From: an uncultured bacterium
GTDB lineage: Bacteria > Lernaellota > Lernaellaia > Lernaellales > Lernaellaceae
NCBI GenBank assembly: GCA_964534375.1
Contig: CAZHPN010000050.1
Location: 1 to 34,697 of the forward strand
Direction: 5' to 3'
Length of the DNA: 34,697 nt
Shown here: piece by piece, positions 26,851 to 34,697 of the stretch
Position numbering within the stretch: the stretch's first letter is position 1
Layout of the letters: the number at the start of each line of letters is the position of its first letter
The notes under the pieces: model-generated
Database searches by the model: none
Seen by the model: only the letters and a program-made list of their open reading frames with translations
What the model was told of the DNA's origin: nothing
Program-made: the position numbers and the translations under genes

Positions 26851-28401
26851 TTGCCGGACCGTCCGAATGTTCTGATGATCGTCGTCGACTGCCTGCGGGC
26901 GGATCGCGTCTTCGGCGCGAATCGCTCGTGCCGGACGCCGAATGTGGACGCGCTCGTGGCGCGGGGCGCCGTCGCGCCGAACATGTTCGTCGAAAACTCG
27001 ATCACCTCGCCGGCCTTTGCGTCGCTGTTCACCGGTTGCAGCAGCCTGCGGCACGGCGTGACCAGCCTGCTCGGCGTGCAGTTGAATCCCGATCTGACGA
27101 CGTTGGCCGATCTCTTCGCCGCCAACGGCTATCGCACGCACGCCGAGGTCACCGGCCCGCTGATGCCGCAGATCGGCCTGAGCCAGGGGTTCGACGAATA
27201 CCATTACCGCGACCAGCGCGAATGTTTTTTCTGCGGCTGGGGCGAATCGTTGATCGCGCGGCTGAAGCGCAAAGGGTTCGCGGCCCCGTGGTTCCTGCTG
27301 GTCCATTTTTGGGAATTGCACGAGCCGCGGCAGGTGGCGCCGGAGTTCGCCGGCGGCGAGTGGGGCGCGACGACGTACGACCGCTCGTGGAGCGGCCTGG
27401 ACTCCTACCTCGGCCGCCTGTTGAACGCGGCCGGCCCGGACACGGCCGTGATCCTCACGGGCGATCACGGCGAACGCCTCACGGAGCGGATCGAGCCGGC
27501 CAGCTTGCTGCCGTACTTCATGCACAAGCTGCGAATTCCGATGCTGCAAAAAGAGGAAGACACGCGCGTCGGCGAAGACGTCGAGTTGATGAACCGCCAG
27601 AGCGGACGCTTGCACGACGTCGCCGTCGATCTCGCGCAGCAAACCGCCGGCGGCGGGCGCCTCGGCGTGGCGAAACGCCTGGCGGTGCTGTTGCGGCTGG
27701 GCCGCGTCGCGCTGACGCGCATGCGCACGCAGAAGCGCCGCCCCGGCTGGCGCGGTCTGACCGAATGGCTGCGATTGAAATGGGACGACATGCACGTCGC
27801 CTGGGCGGTGGCGCGCGGCGACAGTCGCGACGCGCAATTGCACTTGCTGCGCACCACATTGTCGCAATTCCATCTGCAGCACGGATTTCACGTGTACGAT
27901 TATCTGGCGCGCGTGCCGTTCATCGTCGCCGGCCTGCCGGGGCTGGCGGCCGGACGGACGGACGCGGCGGTGCGCAATCTCGATGTCCTGCCGACGCTGG
28001 TCGAGGCGCTCGGCCTCGCGACGCCGACGCCCGATTGGCACGGCGTCAGCTTCTGGCCGCAGTTGCACGACGGCGGCGCGGCGGAGCGGCCGCTGTACAT
28101 GGAAGCGCGCGGCGGGGCGCAGGCGACGCACGCGTTTTACGTGCGGGGCGTGCGCCGCGACGGTTGGAAGCTCGCCTACGCGCCGCACGATTCGCGCGCG
28201 CCGGCGGAATTGTACGACTTGCGCGCCGATCCGGCGGAGACCCGCAACCTGTTCGCCGCGAATCCGGAGACCGCCGCCGCCCTGCGCGCCGAATGCGAAG
28301 CCCTGGCCGCCGCCTGGTCCGCCGCCGGCGACGGCGCGGCGATGTCCGCCGCGGATCGCGCGGCGATGGTCGAAAAACTCAAATCGTTGGGCTACATGTA
28401 A
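26851..28401 (+). CDS. Sulfatase-like / alkaline phosphatase superfamily hydrolase or transferase (Thr at the nucleophile position)
   Basis: PNVLMIVVDCLRAD, TPNVD, ITSPAFASLFTG, HFWELHEP, TGDHGE, ELYDLRADPAETRNL, LKSLGYM; TTG 26851 after AGGAGG (alternative ATG 26782). Confidence 0.88.
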   Translation: MPDRPNVLMIVVDCLRADRVFGANRSCRTPNVDALVARGAVAPNMFVENSITSPAFASLFTGCSSLRHGVTSLLGVQLNPDLTTLADLFAANGYRTHAEVTGPLMPQIGLSQGFDEYHYRDQRECFFCGWGESLIARLKRKGFAAPWFLLVHFWELHEPRQVAPEFAGGEWGATTYDRSWSGLDSYLGRLLNAAGPDTAVILTGDHGERLTERIEPASLLPYFMHKLRIPMLQKEEDTRVGEDVELMNRQSGRLHDVAVDLAQQTAGGGRLGVAKRLAVLLRLGRVALTRMRTQKRRPGWRGLTEWLRLKWDDMHVAWAVARGDSRDAQLHLLRTTLSQFHLQHGFHVYDYLARVPFIVAGLPGLAAGRTDAAVRNLDVLPTLVEALGLATPTPDWHGVSFWPQLHDGGAAERPLYMEARGGAQATHAFYVRGVRRDGWKLAYAPHDSRAPAELYDLRADPAETRNLFAANPETAAALRAECEALAAAWSAAGDGAAMSAADRAAMVEKLKSLGYM

Positions 28402-28425
28402 CGGCCTCAGTCAGGATTTCCATCG

Positions 28426-29481
28426 ATGAGCATTGGGACAAAAATTATCGGCGTCGGTTCCTACGTGCCTGAGCGGCTCGTTTCGAACGACGACGCGCTC
28501 GCCATGCTGCGCGAGCAAAGCCGCCCCTTTCTGAGCCCGGCCGATCTCGACACCGTGCTCGCCAAGGCCCGGTACAAGATCGCCAAGGCCGGCAACGCCA
28601 CGCGCTACTGGTGCCGTGACGACGAATACGGTCCGGAGATCGCCCGGCACGCCGCGCAACGCGCCCTCGCCGACGCCGGCCTCGACGCGCGCGACCTCGA
28701 CCTGATCATTTATACGGGCATGTCCAAGGCGTTCGTCGAGCCGGCCACCGGCCACGTGCTGCGGCAGGAACTGCGGGCGCTCAACGCCAACGTCATCGAC
28801 ACGCAGGACGCGTGCGCCAGCTTCATCAAGTCGCTCGACATCGCCGACAGCCTGATCAAAACCGGCAAATATCGGACGATCCTCGTCGCGGCGGGCGAAC
28901 GCACGTTCGACTGGGCGGATTTCGCCTGCCGGACCGTCGACGATCTCGCCTGGAAATTCGGCTCGCTCACCATCGGCGACGCGGCCGGCGCGCTCATCGT
29001 GCAGCGGACCGAAGACCCGCTCTACGCCGAGAACCCGCGCCACATGCGCTGCTTTCATCGCCTCGCCGACGGCGAATACGAGGTGTGCAGCATCGGGCTG
29101 AACTATTCGTTCGGCGAACGCTACCGCCTGCGGTCGCACTCGTCGCGGCTGGTCCGCCTGGGTCTGCAGTTGGTCATGGAAATGCTCGCCGACATTCTGC
29201 AACAGGACGAATGGCGCGGCATCCGCTACGATAATCTGTTCATTCACGACATCGGCCGCGTCATCGACGACATGGTGCTGCCGTTCGTGCGCGAGGCGAA
29301 GGTCTGCGTGCCCGAAGCGTACGCTTCGTATTACCCGAAATACGGCAACGTCGCCTCGGCGAGCCTGCCGCTGTCGTTGGATTTGGCCAAGCGACGCGGC
29401 GCCCTGACCCGCGGCAATCTGGCGGTGTTCGTGTGCCCGGCGGCGGGCGTGCAGGCCGGCGCGCTGGTGTTTGTCTATTAG
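28426..29481 (+). CDS. 3-oxoacyl-ACP synthase III-family condensing enzyme (OleA-like)
   Basis: Cys-His-Asn triad DACASF / FIHDIG / YGNVASAS; FVEPATG and SLTIGDAA resemble OleA. Confidence 0.88.
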   Translation: MSIGTKIIGVGSYVPERLVSNDDALAMLREQSRPFLSPADLDTVLAKARYKIAKAGNATRYWCRDDEYGPEIARHAAQRALADAGLDARDLDLIIYTGMSKAFVEPATGHVLRQELRALNANVIDTQDACASFIKSLDIADSLIKTGKYRTILVAAGERTFDWADFACRTVDDLAWKFGSLTIGDAAGALIVQRTEDPLYAENPRHMRCFHRLADGEYEVCSIGLNYSFGERYRLRSHSSRLVRLGLQLVMEMLADILQQDEWRGIRYDNLFIHDIGRVIDDMVLPFVREAKVCVPEAYASYYPKYGNVASASLPLSLDLAKRRGALTRGNLAVFVCPAAGVQAGALVFVY

Positions 29482-29543
29482 CGGGCCGGTGGCTAGCTTT
29501 TCCCAACGGTCGTTCAACCGCGACGAACCGGGAGGAGAGGGTC

Positions 29544-29984
29544 ATGCTGCGTTTTCGTTTGGCGAAGGCGAAAGATGCGCCCGCCATCCTCAAGCTGGGC
29601 CGGGATCCGGTTTTCGACCACGACGGATTGATCCGCTATTACGACGCGTCGCACTTGGCCGCCTGGTTTCGCGAAACCGCGAACAACGTTTGGATGGTCG
29701 CCGAGACCGAACGCGGCAAGGTCGCCGGCTTCGCGTTCTGCAAGATTATCTCCAAGGGCTGGGCGATGCTCGACACCCTATACGTCGCGCCGGCGCAGCG
29801 CGACGGCGAGGTCGGCGCGCGGTTTCTCGAGGCGATCAAGAAACGGTTGCGCGCCCGCGGGATCGTCTATCTGTCTACTTTAATCGAAGTCGATCGCCAG
29901 GATTTGCAGAAAAAGGCCCGTGAGCAGGGATTCGACCGGAACAAACGTTACGACTGGTTCAGCCAATTGTTGATTGAGGAGTAG
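29544..29984 (+). CDS. GNAT-family N-acetyltransferase
   Basis: ATG 29544 after GGAGGAG; FRLAKAKDAPAI, WMVAE..GKVAGF, LYVAPAQRDGEVG (variant of the acetyl-CoA motif). Confidence 0.85.
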   Translation: MLRFRLAKAKDAPAILKLGRDPVFDHDGLIRYYDASHLAAWFRETANNVWMVAETERGKVAGFAFCKIISKGWAMLDTLYVAPAQRDGEVGARFLEAIKKRLRARGIVYLSTLIEVDRQDLQKKAREQGFDRNKRYDWFSQLLIEE

Positions 29985-29990
29985 CGGCGC

Positions 29991-30680
29991 ATGGCTTCCG
30001 ACCTCGCTCGCCCGTGGCGGTTCCTCGCGCCCGCCATGGCGATATTCGTGACCGCCGTAGCGGCCGCGTGCGCGTATTGGCACGGCGACTACGGCCTCAC
30101 GAAAACCATCGACGACAACGCCGTCGACCCCGACGATTCGGCGCTCGTCGTGCGGCTTGTCGCGCCGAAAAATCTGCTGCCGGTTTACCTCTGTTCGGCG
30201 AGCGGCGGTTGGAATCTGGCGTTGCGGCCGGGCGTCGCCGCCGACCGTTCGCCCGCGACCGACGCGGACGCCAAAGCCTTGCGCCGCGCGGCCAACGGCT
30301 ACTTCTATTCGCTGATTCGGCCGGGCCCCTACGTTTTCCGCCTGCTGCGGCCGACGGCGATCAACCTCGCGCCCGGACAAAATGACAGCCTGGCGCAGCG
30401 CTTGTTCGGCGCTCTGGCGGACAACGACCGGCGGCATCCGCCAGCCGGCGGCGTGCAAATCGACAATCGGTTTTTCGCGTTCACCGTCCCGGCGAACAAG
30501 CTGCTTTACTTGGGCACAGTCCAGGCCAAGGGGTTCGCGCCGCTGCAACGCAACGATCCCGGCGCCGCGGTCGGCGCCGCCATCGGCGGGGTCACCCGCG
30601 AAAAAGACACCTTGCGGGCCTTCGTGGCCGAATGCCCCGAGGTGTACGCGCTCTACGAAAATCGCGTCGTGACGTACTGA
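29991..30680 (+). CDS. Hypothetical exported protein, possible lipoprotein
   Basis: Hydrophobic N-terminus ending VAAAC; 6 nt after the GNAT stop; no family recognised. Confidence 0.65.
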   Translation: MASDLARPWRFLAPAMAIFVTAVAAACAYWHGDYGLTKTIDDNAVDPDDSALVVRLVAPKNLLPVYLCSASGGWNLALRPGVAADRSPATDADAKALRRAANGYFYSLIRPGPYVFRLLRPTAINLAPGQNDSLAQRLFGALADNDRRHPPAGGVQIDNRFFAFTVPANKLLYLGTVQAKGFAPLQRNDPGAAVGAAIGGVTREKDTLRAFVAECPEVYALYENRVVTY

Positions 30681-30699
30681 TTCGGCCGCCGCGCGGCGT

Positions 30700-32397
30700 T
30701 TACGGATTCATCTCGTACGCGTCTTTCAGCGGATACACGAAATCGTTCCAGATTCGGCCGTAGCGCGCCGCGTCGACCGCCGGCTTGCGGATCATCTTCT
30801 GGCACAGCGCCATCTGCTTTTCGTTGCTGCTCGGCTTGCTGTAGACCTGCAGCGCGAACTTCGCGAAATCGCGCACCATGAAGTCGAAGATCTGATCGAC
30901 GTGGTCGTTGTCGAGCCCGTAGATCGTCGCGTTTTCCAGCACGAGTTGGCCGTATGCGACCAGGGTGAAAATTTCGCCGATGCTGAGCAGGAAGTCGATG
31001 TCCTTCTGCTGATTCGCATCGGGCGTCGCCGTCATCAGGAATTCCTTGAAGATCTCGATTTGCTCGCGGAAAATGGCGACATTCGGCGTCGGCCAGGCGT
31101 CGAACGCCGGCTGGTAGTCGTGGAAGCGGATTTTGCCCAGGCCCCGCGCCGAACCCTGGTCGAACAGGAAGGCGTCATTGCCCACCTGGCTCTGCTGCGC
31201 CACGGGCGCATACGCCGCCGGGTTGAAGAAATAGTTCGGCATGAACTTGACGATCAAGGCGATGTTGACGTGAACCGTGCCTTCGAGCTTCGGCAGGGCG
31301 CGGATGTCGCGGGCGGCCATCTCGAAGAACATGTCTTTTTCGAAGCCCTTGGCGGCGATCACGTCCCACATCAGGTTCATCACTTCTTCGCCCTGCGTGG
31401 TGACCTTCATTTTGACGATCGGGTTGTACAGCAGGTAGCGGCGATCTTCCGGCGAGGCGACGCGCATGTAGTCCGCGGCGCGCAGCGCGAACAGCTTCAT
31501 CGCCGTGAGACGCGAATAGGCGTCGACGAACATTTGTTTGACGTGCGGGAAATCGGTGACCGCCATGCCGTACAAGCGGCGGTTCGCGGCGTGGCGGATC
31601 GCCTCGTAGAGCGAGTGCGTGCACATGCCGATCGACGCCCAGCCGAGGTTGTATTTGCCGATGTTGACCGTGTTGAGCGCGGAGTCCCACGCCGCCGGGC
31701 CCTTCGACAGGACATCCGCCTCGGAAATGGGATAATCCTTCAACGCGAATTCCGAGACGAAGTTCTGGCTGGCGACGACGTTCTTGATGCACTCGTACTG
31801 CGGCTGGTGGTAGTTGGCGACGAAAAAGACGTACTCGCCGCTGTCCGACAGCTTGCCGAAATTCGAGACCATCTCGGCTTCGTTGCCGTTGCCGATGTAG
31901 TACTTCACGCCGTTGGCTTTGTATTTGCCCTCGCCGACCGGCGTTAGCTTCATTTCCGTCGAGTAAATATCGGCGCCGTGGTCGCGCTCCGACAAGCCGA
32001 AGGCGAAGATCGCGCCGTCTTGCAGCAGTTTGGCCGCGCGTTTTTTCAGGTCTTCGTTTTTCGTCATCCAGATCGGGCCGAGGCCGAGGATCGAAACCTG
32101 CCAAGTGTACCAATAGGCCAGCCCGTAAAAGCCAAGGATTTCGTTGAAGCCGCAAATCCGCCAGGTGTCCCACCGTGAATCCGCGGCGCCGTAGCCGGCG
32201 GGCGTCAGCAGCGTGGCGAAGGCCTGCTCGTTTTTGACGAATTCCAGAAAATCCTTGTACCAAACCTGCTTGCGATCGTCTTCCTTGACCTTGCCTTTGC
32301 CCTTGCCTTCAAAGAAGGCGATGGTCTTGCGCATCAGTTGCGCGGTTTTCTCGTCGGGATAAAAACGGTCGTACTTTTTCGGATTGAGCAGAATCAT
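30700..32397 (-). CDS. Acyl-CoA dehydrogenase (FadE4-like, ~565 aa)
   Basis: Start MILLNPKKY at 32397; FAFGLSERDHGAD, NGVKYYIGN, KLEGTVHVN; N-terminus resembles mycobacterial FadE4 as I recall it. Confidence 0.9.
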   Translation of the reverse strand: MILLNPKKYDRFYPDEKTAQLMRKTIAFFEGKGKGKVKEDDRKQVWYKDFLEFVKNEQAFATLLTPAGYGAADSRWDTWRICGFNEILGFYGLAYWYTWQVSILGLGPIWMTKNEDLKKRAAKLLQDGAIFAFGLSERDHGADIYSTEMKLTPVGEGKYKANGVKYYIGNGNEAEMVSNFGKLSDSGEYVFFVANYHQPQYECIKNVVASQNFVSEFALKDYPISEADVLSKGPAAWDSALNTVNIGKYNLGWASIGMCTHSLYEAIRHAANRRLYGMAVTDFPHVKQMFVDAYSRLTAMKLFALRAADYMRVASPEDRRYLLYNPIVKMKVTTQGEEVMNLMWDVIAAKGFEKDMFFEMAARDIRALPKLEGTVHVNIALIVKFMPNYFFNPAAYAPVAQQSQVGNDAFLFDQGSARGLGKIRFHDYQPAFDAWPTPNVAIFREQIEIFKEFLMTATPDANQQKDIDFLLSIGEIFTLVAYGQLVLENATIYGLDNDHVDQIFDFMVRDFAKFALQVYSKPSSNEKQMALCQKMIRKPAVDAARYGRIWNDFVYPLKDAYEMNP

Positions 32398-32483
32398 GAT
32401 GCGGCCTCGCAGGTGTGAGTTTCGTTTTCTGTCCGCGAACGACGGAATTAATACACGGAACGGCCGGCGCCGCCAACCCGGCC

Positions 32484-34376
32484 TCAACCGCCGTAGTGCA
32501 GGATCGCGCCGCCGCTGCCGACCGCGAAGACGTCGGTCGGCGACGAGCACCAAACGCCGTAAAAAGGCACTTCGCCTTCGGGCAGCGCCATCGCCTTCCA
32601 CGACGCACCGTTGAAATAGAGGATCGAGGTGACCGGAATAACGGGATCGCCGCCGACCGCCCACACAGCCCCCGGCGACGCGCCCCAAACGGCGTACAAG
32701 GTCGTGACTTGCGGTTCGCTCATCGGCGACCAGTTCGCGCCGTCGTAGTGCAAAATTGTCTGCGAATCGGACCCGCCCGCCGCGTAGACGTCGGACGGCG
32801 AATTTCCCCACACGGCCTGCAGCGGCTGTGCTATGCCGCTGTTCATCGGGGACCAACTCGAACCGTCGAAGTGCAAAATCACGCCGTCGTCTCCGACGGC
32901 GAACGCGTCCGAAGCCGACGTTCCCCAAACGCCGTAAAGGTCGCCGGCGACAACCGGCGAAACTGCGTTCCACGATGCCCCATTGTAGTGCAGCATCGCG
33001 CCGTTCGCGCCCACCGTGAAAACATCCGACGGCGAGTCGCCCCAAACGGTTTGCAGATCGTCAACCGCGCCGCTGTTCATCGCCGTCCAGCCGGTCCCGT
33101 CGAAATGTTCGATTTCGCCGGCGGCGCCCACGGCGAACACGTCGGTGTCGGCGGTTCCCCACACGCCGTACAGGCTCGCATCATCCGGGTTTGTCATTTG
33201 GCTCCAGGCGGCCCCGTTGTAATGGAGCACGGCGCCGTGATGGCCGACGGCAAAAACGTCGGCGGCCGCGGCGCCCCATACCGCGTAAAGATTGCCGAAG
33301 AACTCGTTGGTCAGGTTGCGCCACGTCGCCCCGTCGTATTCTTGGATGCACCCGGTTTCGCCGGCGGCAAATACGGCGGTCGGGGAGGCTCCCCAAATTC
33401 CCATCGAATTGCACGCGGTCGCGCCGGCCATCTGCGACCAGGAAGAGCCGTCATAGTGCAAAACGGCGTTGTTGCCGCCATTTGTGAAGACGTTCGAAGG
33501 CGAAGAACCCCAGATGTTGCAGCACGGCGGCGGCAGGCCGTCGGTCATGGTCGACCAGGCGTTGCCGTCGAAATGAAATATCGCGCCGTCTGCAGTGTCG
33601 CTGCCCCACGTCTCGGCTATGGCGAAAACATCATTCGGCGCCGCGGCCCACACCGCGACAAAATCCAAGGTCGTGCCGGTCTGCAGCGCCGACCAGGACG
33701 ACCCCCCGTAGTGCAGAACCGTGCCGCTTTTGCCGACCGCGTAGACGTCCGACGACGACGTGCCGCCGACGCCAAACAGATCCTCGTCGGTGCAACTGGT
33801 CATCAGGGACCACTGCGTTCCGTTGTAAAACCCGATCGTGCCGCCCGAGCCGACGGTGTACACCTCCGTGGCCGAGGCGCCCCAGATGCTGCGAAACCAG
33901 ACGCTCGCGGGCGCGGCCATCCGCCGCCAAGCCGACCCGTCGTAGTGCAGAATCGTATGCTCATACCCGGACACGAATACGTCGGACGAGGACGATCCCC
34001 AAATGCCCCACAAATCGCTGGTCACGCCGGTCGGCATCGGCGTCCACACATTGCCGTCGTAATGCAGGATCGTGCCGAATTCGGCGACGGCGAACACGTC
34101 CGTCGGCGAAACGCCCCACAGCGCGGTGATGTCATTGCCGTCGGGCAACGGGTTCTGCCAGCACCAATTGTCGGCGCTGCACACGCCGCCGGCGTCGTTG
34201 TCGTTGTCGTCGTTGTCGTCGTTGTCGTCGTCATCGTCGGCCGAGCCGGCGTCGTCGTCGGACTCGCGCAAGTTGGCGGTCGCGGCGGAACCGCCGCCGC
34301 AGGCGGCGAAGCAAACGACCGTCAACAGCGCAAGGCAACATGACAAAATGCCAATAGTGAGGCGATTGACGTACAT
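32484..34376 (-). CDS. Lipoprotein with Asp-rich linker and 14 W-G...LHYDG..W repeats (probable double beta-propeller)
   Basis: ATG 34376 after AAGGAG; lipobox FAAC; DDDAGSADDDDDNDDNDDNDND; 14 ~39-aa repeats counted by eye. Confidence 0.88.
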   Translation of the reverse strand: MYVNRLTIGILSCCLALLTVVCFAACGGGSAATANLRESDDDAGSADDDDDNDDNDDNDNDAGGVCSADNWCWQNPLPDGNDITALWGVSPTDVFAVAEFGTILHYDGNVWTPMPTGVTSDLWGIWGSSSSDVFVSGYEHTILHYDGSAWRRMAAPASVWFRSIWGASATEVYTVGSGGTIGFYNGTQWSLMTSCTDEDLFGVGGTSSSDVYAVGKSGTVLHYGGSSWSALQTGTTLDFVAVWAAAPNDVFAIAETWGSDTADGAIFHFDGNAWSTMTDGLPPPCCNIWGSSPSNVFTNGGNNAVLHYDGSSWSQMAGATACNSMGIWGASPTAVFAAGETGCIQEYDGATWRNLTNEFFGNLYAVWGAAAADVFAVGHHGAVLHYNGAAWSQMTNPDDASLYGVWGTADTDVFAVGAAGEIEHFDGTGWTAMNSGAVDDLQTVWGDSPSDVFTVGANGAMLHYNGASWNAVSPVVAGDLYGVWGTSASDAFAVGDDGVILHFDGSSWSPMNSGIAQPLQAVWGNSPSDVYAAGGSDSQTILHYDGANWSPMSEPQVTTLYAVWGASPGAVWAVGGDPVIPVTSILYFNGASWKAMALPEGEVPFYGVWCSSPTDVFAVGSGGAILHYGG

Positions 34377-34436
34377 GGCGCGCTCCTTTTGTCCCAAGAG
34401 GCCCGCGAAACAAGACGATTTCATATATTCCAAAAA

Positions 34437-34465
34437 AGAATATGGAAAAGGGTGAAAATTGTCAA
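34437..34465 (-). promoter_or_regulatory. sigma70-type promoter of the propeller lipoprotein gene
   Basis: Minus strand TTGACA (34465-34460), 17 nt, TATTCT (34442-34437). Confidence 0.65.
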
Positions 34466-34473
34466 GAATGCCC

Positions 34474-34697
34474 TTACGCTACCGCCTCGCCCAGCGCGCT
34501 ACGCAGGGCCGCTTCCGCGTCGCGGGCGATCCGCGCCACTAATTCGGCGACGGTCGGCACGTCATGAATGCGGCCGATCGACTGGCCGACGGTCAGCATC
34601 GCTTCGTCCACGTTGCCGGATTGCCAAACCTGCCGCGCGCGTTCGCCGGTGATCAGCGGGAACAGCGCCGAAAAATCGCCCCCGGTCTTTTCGACGT
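34474..34697 (-). CDS. 3' end of nitronate monooxygenase / FabK-family flavoenzyme (partial; not in the ORF track)
   Basis: Manual translation: ...VEKTGGDFSALFPLITGERARQVWQSGNVDEAMLTVGQSIGRIHDVPTVAELVARIARDAEAALRSALGEAVA*; GQSIGxIxDVPTVAEL is typical of this family's C-terminus. Confidence 0.8.
   Translation of the reverse strand, partial: VEKTGGDFSALFPLITGERARQVWQSGNVDEAMLTVGQSIGRIHDVPTVAELVARIARDAEAALRSALGEAVA

Noticed and set aside
32398..33045. N-terminal 216-aa extension of the acyl-CoA dehydrogenase ORF
   Set aside because: Overlaps the propeller lipoprotein gene in another frame; family resemblance begins at MILLNP (32397).

Overview
GC-rich bacterial window with about 25 protein-coding genes. 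I see no rRNA, tRNA, CRISPR array or transposase. A deltaproteobacterial-type origin is only a guess from gene content. The left third is a signalling locus. A minus-strand group (STAS protein, hemerythrin-like HHE protein, pseudo-receiver, NarL/LuxR response regulator) diverges from a plus-strand operon. That operon encodes (i) an unusual ~1070-aa fusion, PilZ / YcgR-N-like / PilZ / LuxD-like acyl-thioesterase / class I SAM methyltransferase, (ii) a translationally coupled membrane kinase with two complete transmitter modules around a receiver, and (iii) an RpfG-like REC-HD-GYP c-di-GMP phosphodiesterase. My main hypothesis (inference) is a c-di-GMP-gated fatty-acid-methyl-ester signal synthase with its sensor and c-di-GMP output. 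It would be a quorum-sensing-like circuit mixing features of Ralstonia PhcBSR and Xanthomonas RpfFCG. Next come a Tat-signal-bearing TldD with TldE, an alpha/beta hydrolase, metK-ahcY, a GT-C glycosyltransferase/SGNH pair, an ABC-F ATPase, a TPR protein, a methyltransferase and a degenerate SGNH protein. The right end holds a sulfatase-like/OleA-like KAS III/GNAT/exported-protein cluster, a FadE4-like acyl-CoA dehydrogenase, a 14-repeat beta-propeller lipoprotein and the 3' end of an NMO/FabK-family gene. Several intergenic regions carry heptamer tandem arrays, some bounded by TTTGACAG inverted ends. All assignments come from motif reading, with no database search.
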